Assembly: GCA_011109175.1 (NCBI GenBank)
Contig: RDEW01000041.1
Location: forward strand, 310,001 to 374,000
From: Dicyema japonicum
Taxonomy: Eukaryota > Animalia > Dicyemida
DNA: 64,000 bases
Direction of reading: 5' to 3'
The first letter of the stretch is position 1; the number at the start of each line of letters is the position of its first letter. The notes under the pieces were generated by a model. That model was not told the DNA's origin and ran no database searches. It worked only from the letters and a program-made list of their open reading frames with translations. The translations under genes were made by a program, and so were the position numbers. Shown in pieces: positions 1 to 11,559 of the stretch.

Positions 1-68
1 GCCCAGTTGTGGGAAATATAAAGGCGTGTGAAACACCAAAAATGTTAATGTTATTACCACCAAATCAG

Positions 69-1598
69 TCAACTCCACCTGACAATTCGTATTCCTGCAG
101 ACGGAAGGGTAACAAATAAGTTAGATTTAATGTCATTTTCGATATAATACTCTTTCACAACTTTCTTCATGAATTCATCCACCATTTTAGTCGGCACGAT
201 GGAGACAGAACAACCTCCCCAACCAGCCCCCGTTAGTCGAGACCCCAATGCCCCAGCCTTTCTACAGATTAAATCAGATCTCCCACAAGCATTTTTTTAC
301 GAGTTGATCGAGCATTGGACAGCTACAGTCGTACAGAACCGAACAGCTGTGGTGACTCTTGTTCATTAGGTCCCCAGTTTTGTTTGAATGGTAAGATCCT
401 CGACTTCCTGAGCTGACTTTTGGCAAATCTCCACGAATTTTCTTACTCTCAGGGCCTCACCGTACACGTGGGTTGCCGTAAGTACAAGGAGAATTGTCTC
501 ACTGGAAATTATATCACACAGCTACACCTGAGCGCACATTCGGGGACAAAATCTTATCCATAAGCACTTCTTCAGAAATCTCGAGTTCATTGGCAACCTC
601 AGCACGTGTGTAATCGTTCATGTGGAGTATTTCCTCGACTTTCGATAGCATCTCCTCTAATGTGAGACCCAAAGATTGTTGCAAAGTGCCTAATTTGAGT
701 ACTTTCCTCCACTCCAAGCCGGTTCTTTTAGCCATGATCTTGGAATTCCTCAAACTGGGGTACCATTGCTGCAAGCCGGCACTCACTGACACGGACGTTG
801 AAGTGAGTTGTGGCAGCCTTGTTGAACTCTACACCAGAATTTGCCACCACAAAAGATATTCCTTTGGGAAGAGGTACTGAGGCGGTCTTCAGTGGGTCAA
901 ATTCGATTGATAGAGCTGATCCTTCCAAGACAAGAAAGAAGCTGCCTGGTCCATTCCACCTCCCTGGGTACCGATCAGTCGCTCAAACACGGCACACAAT
1001 TCAGCCAACTCACTCTGCCCGTTAAAACTGAAAATTTACCGCTGATTTGTCTCCAGCTCCGAGCACGTGGTATACAACTACAGCAGAAGCGCAGACAAGG
1101 GCACTGGAACTCGAAAGACCGGCTGATGGAGGGATTATTCCGTCTACGAGAATCTTAAAATCACCAAAAATGTAAACATTTAGTCCATTCAGTTTCCTTT
1201 TAAGGTTGGAAGTCATCCCTATTATTCCGCAAAGCACATAGTTGTACCAAAAAGGCTCAGAGAGGATGATTAAAGGTTCAGAGGTGGAGAAATCGCTAAA
1301 TAATGTTGATTAATACGGATATTTATCGGTGTTGGTGTTAAAAATGTTGATTTGTGAGGATTTGTTGACAGAAACTGCAATCACAACGTCCTGCATAAGA
1401 GCCATTGGGCAAACTCCGTATCCGCAGTAGTCAATGTGTTCACCTAAAATGTTTTTATTGGTTACCTATAAGATTTACTCTGCCTGGGGCCCGGACAAAA
1501 AATGCTGGTTTGCAACCAAATCGGTTTTCAAATAGAACAGATAAAGAGGTAAGCCTTTGAGAATTTTTGCTATCGTAAATTGGAATAGACTGCGACAT
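69..1598 (-). CDS. GALK2: Galactokinase / N-acetylgalactosamine kinase (GHMP family), 7 tiny introns
   Basis: Spliced translation gives [10 protein letters not shown]|[41 protein letters not shown] and [12 protein letters not shown]. Introns are GT..AG, 21-26 nt. Three one-base homopolymer deletions (about 929, 477, 374) must be assumed. Confidence 0.9.
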
Positions 1599-1739
1599 CG
1601 GTGGATTTAAAAATCTATTTATTTATTTTGATTTGGCTTGACTTAAAAAATATTTTTAAATAATTATCATTAAATTTTATTTACATTTTTACTATTTTTG
1701 ATAATAAATAGATTTACCATCTTGAAACTTGTCCGAAAA

Positions 1740-2010
1740 TAAGTGACTCAGAATCAATACTACCACGTGGTTTACGAGTTTACCTTGCAAGGTTAAGATG
1801 TGGACACCATTAAAATCTCCGCTCATACTTTATAAATTGGTTTTCGCCTCTGATGCACCTCGTTTCATTTGACGAACGAGGACCACCCTCCCCATGGTCC
1901 TCGCCGGGAAGCTCCAAAATATTGGAAGACGCTTAAGATAGGAAGAGAATCTGGATGGACTACGAGAGCTTGCGTATGACAGGGAAAATGGAGGAAGATG
2001 ACTTTGTTAC
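1740..2010 (+). mobile_element. 3' fragment of I/Jockey-like LINE
   Basis: Decayed LPRGLRVYLARLRCGHH motif; homologous to 11100-11400 and 30550-31010. Confidence 0.55.
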
Positions 2011-2229
2011 TAGTTCAAGTTGCACATGCTTTGTTATTAGAGACGAGCGATGCCTGACCGTCATCCAAAAAGAATTATCTCTTCCATGTTCGAGCAGATA
2101 TAGATGGATTGATGGTTGGAAGGGACGTGTCCCACTCCGATCGGGAGAACCTGTAAAACTTGTTTCAGGTGTATCCGGTGATTAAAAACCACCTTGAAAT
2201 AAAAAATTCCAAAGATTATGGAAAAATCA

Positions 2230-4200
2230 ACTATTTAATCACGCGATACCGACACATTGCAGCTTTGCCCTCATTTATCCCTCCTTCAAGCTCACACGAG
2301 TTCGTATTGGTCGTATAACCGGATGATCATAGTTACATGAGTACCCTTCGGTTTTTTACGAATCATGGATTCCAGAGGACATGGTGTGAGGCATTTCTAT
2401 TCAAAAGTCTATTGTTCCGTTACTCTGAGCATTTTTTATGATTATCTATGATATTACTGGCATTTGTCCAAAGATGTATGGCCCACGAGGCGTCTTTTAT
2501 GAAGTGGAAGCCTTGATGTACTGCTTGTATAGGGTGGGATGGTTTCCGATCTTCCACGGCCTTCTCACACCACTTTTAAATAGTTTTTGAATAAAGTTAA
2601 CGTGTAGACCTCTCAAGCAGCCATTCTGGTAAAATTTGAGCTGGCAACACGATTTCCTGTGAAAACTACTGAACTTTTTCAAGGATATTTTTACCTACCT
2701 CAGACAGCCCGACGTAGACTGAAGAATTTCGGAGTGACTTGATTTGGCGAGTCGTTACGACGGCTCCAAGCTTCTTATGCCTTTTTTCGTGGAACAGTTT
2801 AAACGGATTTTCCCTTATTCTCCAAAACTGAATCAATTATGTCCCCCATTCACATGTCAAATGAGGTGTTCTAGAAAAACCACATGCCGGTTCACCATAC
2901 GACAGACTCAAGAGAGCTCTTCGTGACTTCGTTAATGGCAGCATGCTTCGAGAACTGGCCATGTTTCGGTTGCAAAGGCGTTCAACAACTGATCCGCATC
3001 GACAGGGATGATGCTGGCACAAATCGACCCCGAAGGACATCTTGGTCCAAAGGGATCCAATTGAAATGCATCCAACCAAGCATCGCCGTAGGGGGGAAAG
3101 GGCTGACAGAATACGTTTCCGGCGATGTAAGCCGTTTGTTTCCAAAAACAGATTTTTGGTCTTGTAATTTATGTTGGTTCAGTTCTTCAATTTGAGTGGA
3201 TCAGAGGGACCTCCTTAAATCGCCGAGCACCCCAACCCCGCAGTAAGTTTCTGATCGAGTTGATTTGGAGTAATACTTGAGATGATGAAGGCAGATATTT
3301 CCTTATTCTGAATATGTGGGATAATCCCTTTGGAAATGGTGAAGCCAATATCAAGAGGTGCTCCTTGTAATTGCAGGACGGGGAGAAAACACAAGCCGCA
3401 TACACTGGCAAACTCTTCAACCGTTAAGGCCACAAAAAGTGGTCCAAGTGGGTCACCTCATTGAATACCAATCGATGATTAAATAAGGTCGAGATGAGTT
3501 GGAGAACCGTAGGGTAGGTTCACAATGTGTGTAATATTTGGGGCTCTCATCAAATCGGTTTCATGCAGATGATCCCTTCCCACTGAATTGAGGGCGTTGA
3601 GATGGCCTATTCGCAGCTGCCGCGGATACTCACTTCGAGTTGTACTGGTTTCAGTTAACATGACAGATCATCAATAACAAGCCAGCACGAAAGCTTTGAA
3701 ACAAATCTTGGGGAAAAGCTTCAGACGGCGATTGGTCTTATTCCACCACCTGGCTTTAAGTTCACAAGCGAAGGAAGATATGTTTTTGGAAGTTAACGAG
3801 TTTGGATGAAGAAGCTACCAGATGGGCTCCCGCTTCGAAAGTGAAGGAGGACGAGAGATTTCTGACTGCCCGGCCGTAAACCATCCAAACTCTTACTGCT
3901 GCTTGGTGAGAAGGATTGGATTCTAACCATCACATCTGTTATTAGCAAATAATACGTGGAGGGGGCAGTTTAATGTCATTAAAAATTCCCTCAGAATCGA
4001 TGGAGAAGGAGTACCACTGTTCCAAAGAGGAAATGACTTCAAGACTGACCAGGGGGACACTTTCGGCTAAAAACAATGTCATAACAACTGGCTAGGTGTT
4101 TCCCTATTCAGCTCGGCACCAAGAGCATTCTGAAGAGAAAACTTTATTTCCCTGGTTAGGAAATGTTGCTATGGAAACACAATGTCCCAATGATTCACAT
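2230..4200 (-). mobile_element. Degenerate CRE-clade non-LTR retrotransposon, RT region
   Basis: Fragments LKPGGGIRPIAV, LNALNSVGRD and GIQ-GDPLGPLF; many stops and frameshifts. Confidence 0.7.
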
Positions 4201-6656
4201 CTTCAAGCGATTGAAATGATCTCCTAAATCAGGTCATTTGAATAAAGATCACGTAAACTAGATAACCACAAAAATAGATCAAAGAATGTAATAAAGAAAA
4301 TGAACCATAGTACCGCTTTCCACTCATTTCAGGTCCCCAAGTTAGAAGAGGATGGCTGGCTGTGAACCAAGAGAAGTGGCTAATTAATAAGGAGAATAGG
4401 ATTTTTCTTAGAATTTTTTTTTAAAACGTGCCCGCATTTTTTTAGAAATTGTTCAAAATGTGGAATTCTGTCTCCAGGCCTCACTAGCTTGGCCAGCGTC
4501 CTAGTCAGTAGAGAATTCAGGGAGAGAGAGTAGAATACTCTTGACAAGAGTGCTACAGGCCATTAGCGACGAGAGATATGTAGGGAGAGAAACATCTACA
4601 GGGTTTCGAAGTCCAAGCCCTCCGAGTCTCACCGGCAGTGTGGCCTGCTTCCATGAGTAATCCCTCGAACTGTACTTCGAAGATACGCTCCGCTTCTGAC
4701 TTAATCGAAGACACGTGGAAAGAATAGTAATGCTTGTTTACCGATAATTTAATTAATTAGCATAATCAATATCAATTGGATAATTATAGTTTCATGATGA
4801 ATTGAGAGACATTGATACACGAAGTTTAGGAACGAGGAAGCGTCGGACACACTATACTCTGGGTTTAAATCGCTTATGGCCCAAAATTTGGAAGAGGGAC
4901 AGTCTGTTCACTATGAAGGATGTAACTTATGCGAGGTTTCAGAGCTAAAGAAGCTTCGGATACACAAATGTTCTTAATCCCTTCAGGCCCACGAATGGTA
5001 AGGTAGTACTCTCTACTTCCTACATTCAGAAAGACGTGGTGAGGTAGTGTGGTAAAGGTATCATCCGTCGCAGAAAAGACGGTCTGAAAAAGAAATATCA
5101 AGGGATCCTCTACTGGTTCACGTTCCTCACAATTCTGTTGAGGAATTATAAGAAGGAATTTTTCCTAAAGATTCTGGACGTCTGGTTATACTCAGAAGCC
5201 ATCACGTGCGTGGGAAATAATTGATCTCATTGCTATCGCCAATCATTCCTCTCTCCTCTTCCGTCAACCAAAGTATCTTGGCAACCATTATGTTCCACAA
5301 GTCAGTTGGCTAGGATTAATCAACGATCAAACTGACTTAATTAGCTATAAAATCTCAAGAATCAGCAATTACAAAACATCAAAGCCCTATAAAAGATTGC
5401 CTTGAAGTATAGAAACTTCAAAGGCTTCTCAGTCTTCCAAAACGATTACATAGTCTGTTTTAACATTTTATCGGTGCGTTTCCATTGCATGACTCCATAA
5501 ACTCAATCACTTACTGTTTTGGAGACAGTGGGGATGGATAGGCAGCCTAAGTACTCTCTTCTAACGAACGAAGCACAATCTATACCAATAACATCCACAT
5601 AATCCCAACATGAAGACATTTACGTTATATATAGGCATCTGTAGTGAAAAGAACCAAGAGAAGATGTTCCTCGATTCACGCTGTTCAAACAAGGACCCAG
5701 GTTAATGAGAGAAGCAAGAAAAAAGTAATTCTAACTTTCCGTAAAGTAAATAACATTGAAAAGAAGCCCCAGAACGTCGAAATGGTCCATAGAAGGCCTT
5801 GCAATCATGTGCGGAAACTCTCAGAGTGGTGGAAAGTCTTGGTCACCATCTAAATGACTTGTAACTCAATAAAGTTGGCTAAAAAGCAAAAACGTGAAAT
5901 ACACAGGGATAACGTCCTAAATAGCGTAAATTCAATATGTTAATAATGGGACAAGAATGCTGCATTTAGGCTATTGTGATAGAAGGTCACTTTCTTGTAC
6001 TCTGTCCCTCCTAGTGATGATCCTGGAAGGGGATCAAAAGGATCAACAGTTGTTCTAATGAGGAAAGGAAGTCCGGGTGAGATCTAAGCCATGCAATCCT
6101 CTTTATGTGAGGTATTCTTGATATTTACCTTCTGCGTTAACCGCAAAGTTAAAAACCACCGAGAATAGCTTTCGCCACAAATAATCATGACTTAATAAAT
6201 TGTCTCTAAGCAAAGCCACGTGTCTCCTTTCTTATCGAGGGGAATTGTCCCATTATTTACGACATCTGTCCACGGTTGGTCCCATCAACATCTCAGAGCT
6301 TAGTTTAGACACCCACGTGATGCAGATAAACTGGTAGCTTTGATGACTCACCAGATGTGTTTTCTTAGACAGCGAAGAACACAATCTGCCCATATAAGAG
6401 AAATTTCCACGAGAGTAATAGCACGTGGAAGATGTTGACGATTTGATATTGACAGAAGGCGTGCAATTGCCACGCATCAAACAAAGGCAGCACAAACAAA
6501 TCAGCGCAATCGTGACAGACAAATCAATAATTGGGCGGTCTTACAATCTCACAGCATTTCCACATTCGGAGATAGGTGATCAGCCCAAAGATCCAACAAG
6601 GCAGGGAGGTAGCAGCAAACAGCTACTCATGTCAATAAGTCTAACAAACGACAGTG

Positions 6657-7240
6657 CACGTGTCATCAGAGATTATTAAACGTGAGTTGTTTGGCATACA
6701 TATTATAAAGACAAAAATTAAAGAATCATACAAACAAGAAGAAGTAAAATTAACTACTACTGCTGGTTCCCTCAACGGATCCTAGATATGGCTCGTCATC
6801 ATCACTGGAAGAGTCGGCGTTGCCGCTGGATTCACCTTGACTAGATTCGCTGAATAACTGGTCGTCTTCGGAGGAACAGGAGTCTTCGGCGTTTTTTACT
6901 AACAATGAAACCGACACAGACTTACCCTTCTTTACATTGTTGGGGACATCATTTTGCCCCTTTTGACGTGTTCGTTTGGAGGCTTGAACCTCTTTATCTG
7001 ATCCAGATGAGGCACTTTCATCGCTCTCTGCTCCAACCTGCTCCCTCGGACGCATTACGATGAAGACACTAAACAAACGTGGAAATAATAATCTATTATT
7101 TTTTAAGGTAAATTTTATAAAAAGTATTTATAATCAAAATAATTAAAATTTAAATTAAGTGTCATCTCACAAAAATCTGGAAAATATTTATTATCCAAAA
7201 ATTGTTTTACACGTGTCAGCAGAGATTATTCAACGTGAGT
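6657..7240. repeat. 31-bp direct repeats (6657-6687, 7210-7240) flanking an acidic Ser-rich ORF (6750-7076, minus)
   Basis: cacgtgtcatcagagattattaaacgtgagt vs cacgtgtcagcagagattattcaacgtgagt (29/31 identical). Confidence 0.8.
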
Positions 7241-7249
7241 AAAAACCGG

Positions 7250-7380
7250 AGCCTTAGAAACCCCCGCCCAATCCGGAAATGCGTTGGAACCCGGGAGGAA
7301 CACCGAGCAAGAATGAGATGGCTTATCGAGGCGGCCGGAATCACCTGACGGCTATGTAGTTATTTAATTTGTCGGTGATT
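7250..7380 (+). mobile_element. LINE 3' end fragment
   Basis: Encodes CVGTREEHRARMRWLIEAAGIT*, the same C-terminus as 42600-42672 (+) and 60501-60743 (-). Confidence 0.7.
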
Positions 7381-7584
7381 TTTGGTTTCAATAAATAAAT
7401 AAAATAAACGAATCAGACTCCTGGCAGCCTTCTTCGGACAACTTTTCGATGATTCCGTCGAAGCTTTCACCTGCCCAGGATTTTCGTTGACTATCAAAGA
7501 CTTGTGGTTGTCCAGCACTAGCTGTTGCTCGCTTGATGATAACTAGCCTCCTACAAGCTAGCGAGGTCGGGGCCAACTGTCCTC

Positions 7585-7780
7585 ATTTGGCTTATAAAGG
7601 ATTTTATATTCCTTATAAAAGTTCACCCGTCCTAATAAAATATTTTGATCTCTCATAATGGCTTCCCCCATAAAGCATAGATGATTACTATTCTTAACAG
7701 AGTATTTCACCTCATAAGAAGTGGCTTGCCCTAACAAAGCACTTTAGTTCTCATAAAGCATTATTCGCCCTCACAGTAGT
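7585..7780. repeat. Degenerate ~20-nt minisatellite; resumes at 8280-8305 and 9520-9560
   Basis: Recurring units such as tttagttctcataaagca, tattcgccctcacagta and tttcacctcataagaa. Confidence 0.5.
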
Positions 7781-8265
7781 CCCCGCCAACATTATCGGTG
7801 TTGCGTGTCTCTCACGATTGCAACTGAGATCAACTGGAGAAGCCACCTGGTCTTACGTGCGTCGTCCCTTTTTAGTATAGCTAGGTGTCCAAGTTTCTTT
7901 AAAAAGAGAAACGATTTCCAACTTTATTCCTCCAGTTGTCTCGATCACAATGGGAAAGAACGCGAATCCGTCGCGTAGCGTTTCGTATTTCTTTTCCTTT
8001 GCGCTCATTGTTATTTCCGAGCCATGCAGTGCGCTCCCGATTATGTTGGATGGACAAAGAGGGTCGACACAAGTAGGATCCCAGACCAAAGGTTTTGAAT
8101 GGGAAAATTGTGATTCTGTCAGGCCGTTTTCCGTCTCCTCTGTCTAAGCCAACAGGTTCAAGTATGGTGGGGTATCTCACAGACTCCAGGGCTCGCTTGA
8201 AAATTCCGTTGACCGTCTAATGTCTTGGGAATCGTCCTGCACTTCTTCGACGAGAGGGCATGGTG
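7775..8265 (-). mobile_element. CRE-clade retrotransposon 3' fragment (restriction-like endonuclease)
   Basis: LEPVGLDRGDGKRPDRITIFPF, VWDPTCVD, FFPIVIETTGG. Confidence 0.85.
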
Positions 8266-8302
8266 TCCATAATACTTTAAGTATTTCGGTCTCTTATAAG
8301 CA

Positions 8303-8305
<3 letters not shown>

Positions 8306-8334
<29 letters not shown>

Positions 8335-9514
8335 TCAAAGAAATTTATTTATAACAATAAAATCGTTCTAAAGTCCAGCGGATATGATCGAGTGGCTGTT
8401 ACCTCTGACTACTGCCAGGGATATCCTTTGGAAAAGCCACTCGGTTTCGCCGACGCTCCTCGAGGCTTTGGTCAATAGACACCCAAGTGCTCTAAGGAAA
8501 GAGACCGTCTTGGGCCAAAGACTCCGCTCGTCTCGACGACCACTGGCTGTATATGAAAACGGTTTATGAGCTGCTGTATTCTTTATCTTCGAGTTTTCAT
8601 ATAAACGGGCGGCCTCTCCCGCTTTCATTGCCGACCTCAAAAGTTTCGACTGGGAAAAGCTTGTCAGTACAGGCAGCATCCCAAATTAAGCATTTGCCCC
8701 GAGAGAAGGGGAAGACAGTAATTCCATCGGTCGCTTCCCATCATCCCTACTCAACGCCCGTTGGCTTCTAGAATGGATGGGTATCCCGCCAACTCGAGGG
8801 CGCGCTTCACCACTTCATTTATAGCCTTACGCCTTGGGATGCTGGATGCACATACCTCTCTTTTTCTCATGAAAAAACGCTTTATCCACGCAGAAATTAA
8901 ATTACGTCCTTCGAGGGGCTCCATGTTACCTGAAAATGCAACAACTCGGGGCGATTGACTCCCTATTCCGGTCTACAACCGAACGTAATTACTAATGTCG
9001 AATTCGACGAACAGGATGGGAACAAGCAACCTTGCCCGTTCGCTTGGTGGACTCGGAATTCTCTCACCATCTGATTTGGCACACCCGGCATATCAATCCT
9101 CATTGGACTCCAATCAGAATTTGATCATGATGATTCTCCAGCTCCCATCAGAGTCGTCAAAGATCGGAGATTTGGTACACCCTAAAGTCAAACAACTCGG
9201 GCAGAGAGACCTTTATGAGTCTGTTTGCGAGGATAAATACGAAGAGGCTTTTGAAAATATCTAAACCAACGACGAGCCTGTCTTTTAACTGCAAGATGCG
9301 AGTGGAGCGGGGCTTGGATCAATGCCCTACCAATTGGAAACGTGGGAACTCACCTAGACGATGAAACGGTCCGCACCGGAGTCCTCCATCAGACTTGGAT
9401 TGAAAGTTTGTCAACCCCATGAGTGCCGATGCGCCGGAAGGTCGACTGCTATGGACATCAATGCCCTTTCTTGTCGAAAAAGCGCAGGTCGATTCGCTAG
9501 ACACAAGGCTATAA
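8306..9514 (-). mobile_element. CRE-clade retrotransposon with 5' inversion, poly(A) tail and 11-bp TSD
   Basis: 8306-8828 is the minus-strand 3' part with poly(A) and WLFQRISLAVVRGN. 8829-9514 is the inverted upstream part (RLGMLDAH ... GRFARHKAI). TATAAGCAATT occurs at 8295-8305 and 9510-9520. Confidence 0.85.
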
Positions 9515-11039
9515 GCAATTATTCTCCTTAACAAAACATTTGGCTTTTATGGTCATCAATTTGCCTACCAATGATTCATATGGAGAGGATTTATTACAAG
9601 GCTATTCATCTGTCATGAAACCATTGGTAACTCCTATGAAGAGGAATTAATTTATCAAAAAAACCCAATTTATACAATAAGAGATTAAATTGGTTTTAAA
9701 TTTGAATAGCGGCTTAAGATCATAAAATCCTCTCTAATTATTTTTGCCTTAAGGATTTTGCCTAGCAATATGAAGAGAGGATTTTTCTGTATTTTTTATT
9801 TGAGTAGGAATAACTCACAAGCCTACCATCTCCTCCATTGTCACGAGAAGGATAAAGACATCATGAGACGGAATAGACATCACACCCTTCTGACCGATTA
9901 CCCCTTGGCTAACTGGTCCTTAATAAGTTCTGAGATTTTAATAAATCTATCAGAGATTATTTTTGAAGATTGGGGGAACTCTGTTGGTCCCCTGGTAATT
10001 ACGCAAGGTAAACGTACTTATTCTTACCAACAACGGAAAATATTTAATTAGCCAGAGCATGGATCTTCCGACTGTTTTGACGATGACTTGTAATGCAAAG
10101 TTACTAACTCTAGAAGACTGGGAAGTAACAGAGGAACATGTCAGCTGGTCGACTGACTCTTCAACGAGGGGACACGAGGGAAATGTTAGTGAGTACAACG
10201 CTACTAATTGTTAGCAATTTTATTGAACTTTGGGAGACTAATCAACGAATATTATTTTGAGTAGCTATGGGAGTCACAAAAACGGGATCACTGGAGTTGC
10301 ATGCATGGACATTGACGGAAATCGGCATCGATTGAATCTCTCCCTTGTTTTTGAATCCCAACGCCTATTGAGAATTGTTGGGTCATATATAGTTGATTAG
10401 AGCTTTTTTCAGCTTTTGGGACTTTTTGAGTTGAGTAAATTAATATTTTTGCTATTGGAGTTTCAAATATTAAGACATTTACCTATTTGGGGACATTACC
10501 CATCCCCCAAATTGTAAAAATACTCACTGAACATTACAAGGCTCAATAAATTGAGGAATAGGCGGCGTCTTCTTCACGGGAATACTATTTAAAGGACCAA
10601 AATGAGTTTTGCGACTGCCATGTCAGTTATAGTCATATACGACCACAAGAAGATCATCAACGTTATGTACTCTGCAACCTTATAAGAAACAAGGGGATCC
10701 ACGATATGATCAGATTTATCATCTTTGAGGGATTATCGGATTATATTTATTCATTAACCAAAACTATTAAAAAACAGCGTAGTTCTCTTCTCCCACGGTC
10801 AGTTATAGTATTCTAAATATGAGACCTACCTACTCGGTCCCCAAAGCCGAATTGATCTTCGAAATCTCATTTTGGCACTATTTTAGAAAATTAAAAATTT
10901 AGACTTCTTTTATCTTGGGGACCAGCCGACGCGGGCATTATCCTGTTCTGGAGCTCACGTTTTTGAGTATATGTTAAAAAGGCATTGGCTTTAGTTGACT
11001 ACGACTTCTTAAAAGAGATATTTTTATACTGAGTAACCC

Positions 11040-11410
11040 CCGATATATTGGAAAGAGGTTAAGAGTTAATAAATGTCTAATTAAGGTATATCCTGTTCCC
11101 ACGTCAAGTTAGCCATATTCTTTTCAACATGACATACATAAGCATCCGAAGACTCGATGATAATAAATTACTACAACGGTCCCCTCCTCCAATAGACCAA
11201 TCAGAATCTTCTCTTCTGAGGGACGTCCGGGTAAACCTGGCTCGTCTATGATGTGGGCACCACCACTCTCTACCTACGTACAATGTCTTTTGTCCCTTTT
11301 GGAACCTCTATTGACAACAAATCACCTACTTAAATGTCATGAATTAGAACACGTTCGCCTATAATGCCAGGACTGACCGAGGACAATTTCCGCCCTTGAC
11401 CCACAAGCTG
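11040..11410 (+). mobile_element. I/Jockey-like LINE 3' fragment
   Basis: PPPIDQSESSLLRDVRVNLARL*CGHH...HLLKC. Confidence 0.6.
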
Positions 11411-11419
11411 ACGATCTAG

Positions 11420-11545
11420 TACGTTGGATCGGCTCAATGATCCAAAGGGTCACCAAGATTCCACGTGAGACTGGATGGCTTTGAGAGCGTATCTCGATAG
11501 CTATCGTCAGAAGAAACAGCATGGCCATTCAAGCTCTCTAAATTA
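11420..11545 (+). mobile_element. CRE 3' terminal fragment
   Basis: PRETGWL..RISIAIVRRNSMAI. Confidence 0.7.
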
Positions 11546-11559
11546 AGAGTTAGTTAGTT

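Noticed and set aside
370-935. Frameshifts in GALK2 (also PEPCK ~37585, F-box ~46847, ECSIT, NPRL3) as programmed frameshifting, insertional RNA editing or pseudogenisation
   Set aside because: Nearly all are one missing base in a G, C, T or A run with no shared motif, which is typical long-read consensus error. Short-read polishing would settle it.
7585-7780. CRISPR-like array
   Set aside because: The units are degenerate and adjacent, with no spacers and no cas genes, in a eukaryotic context.
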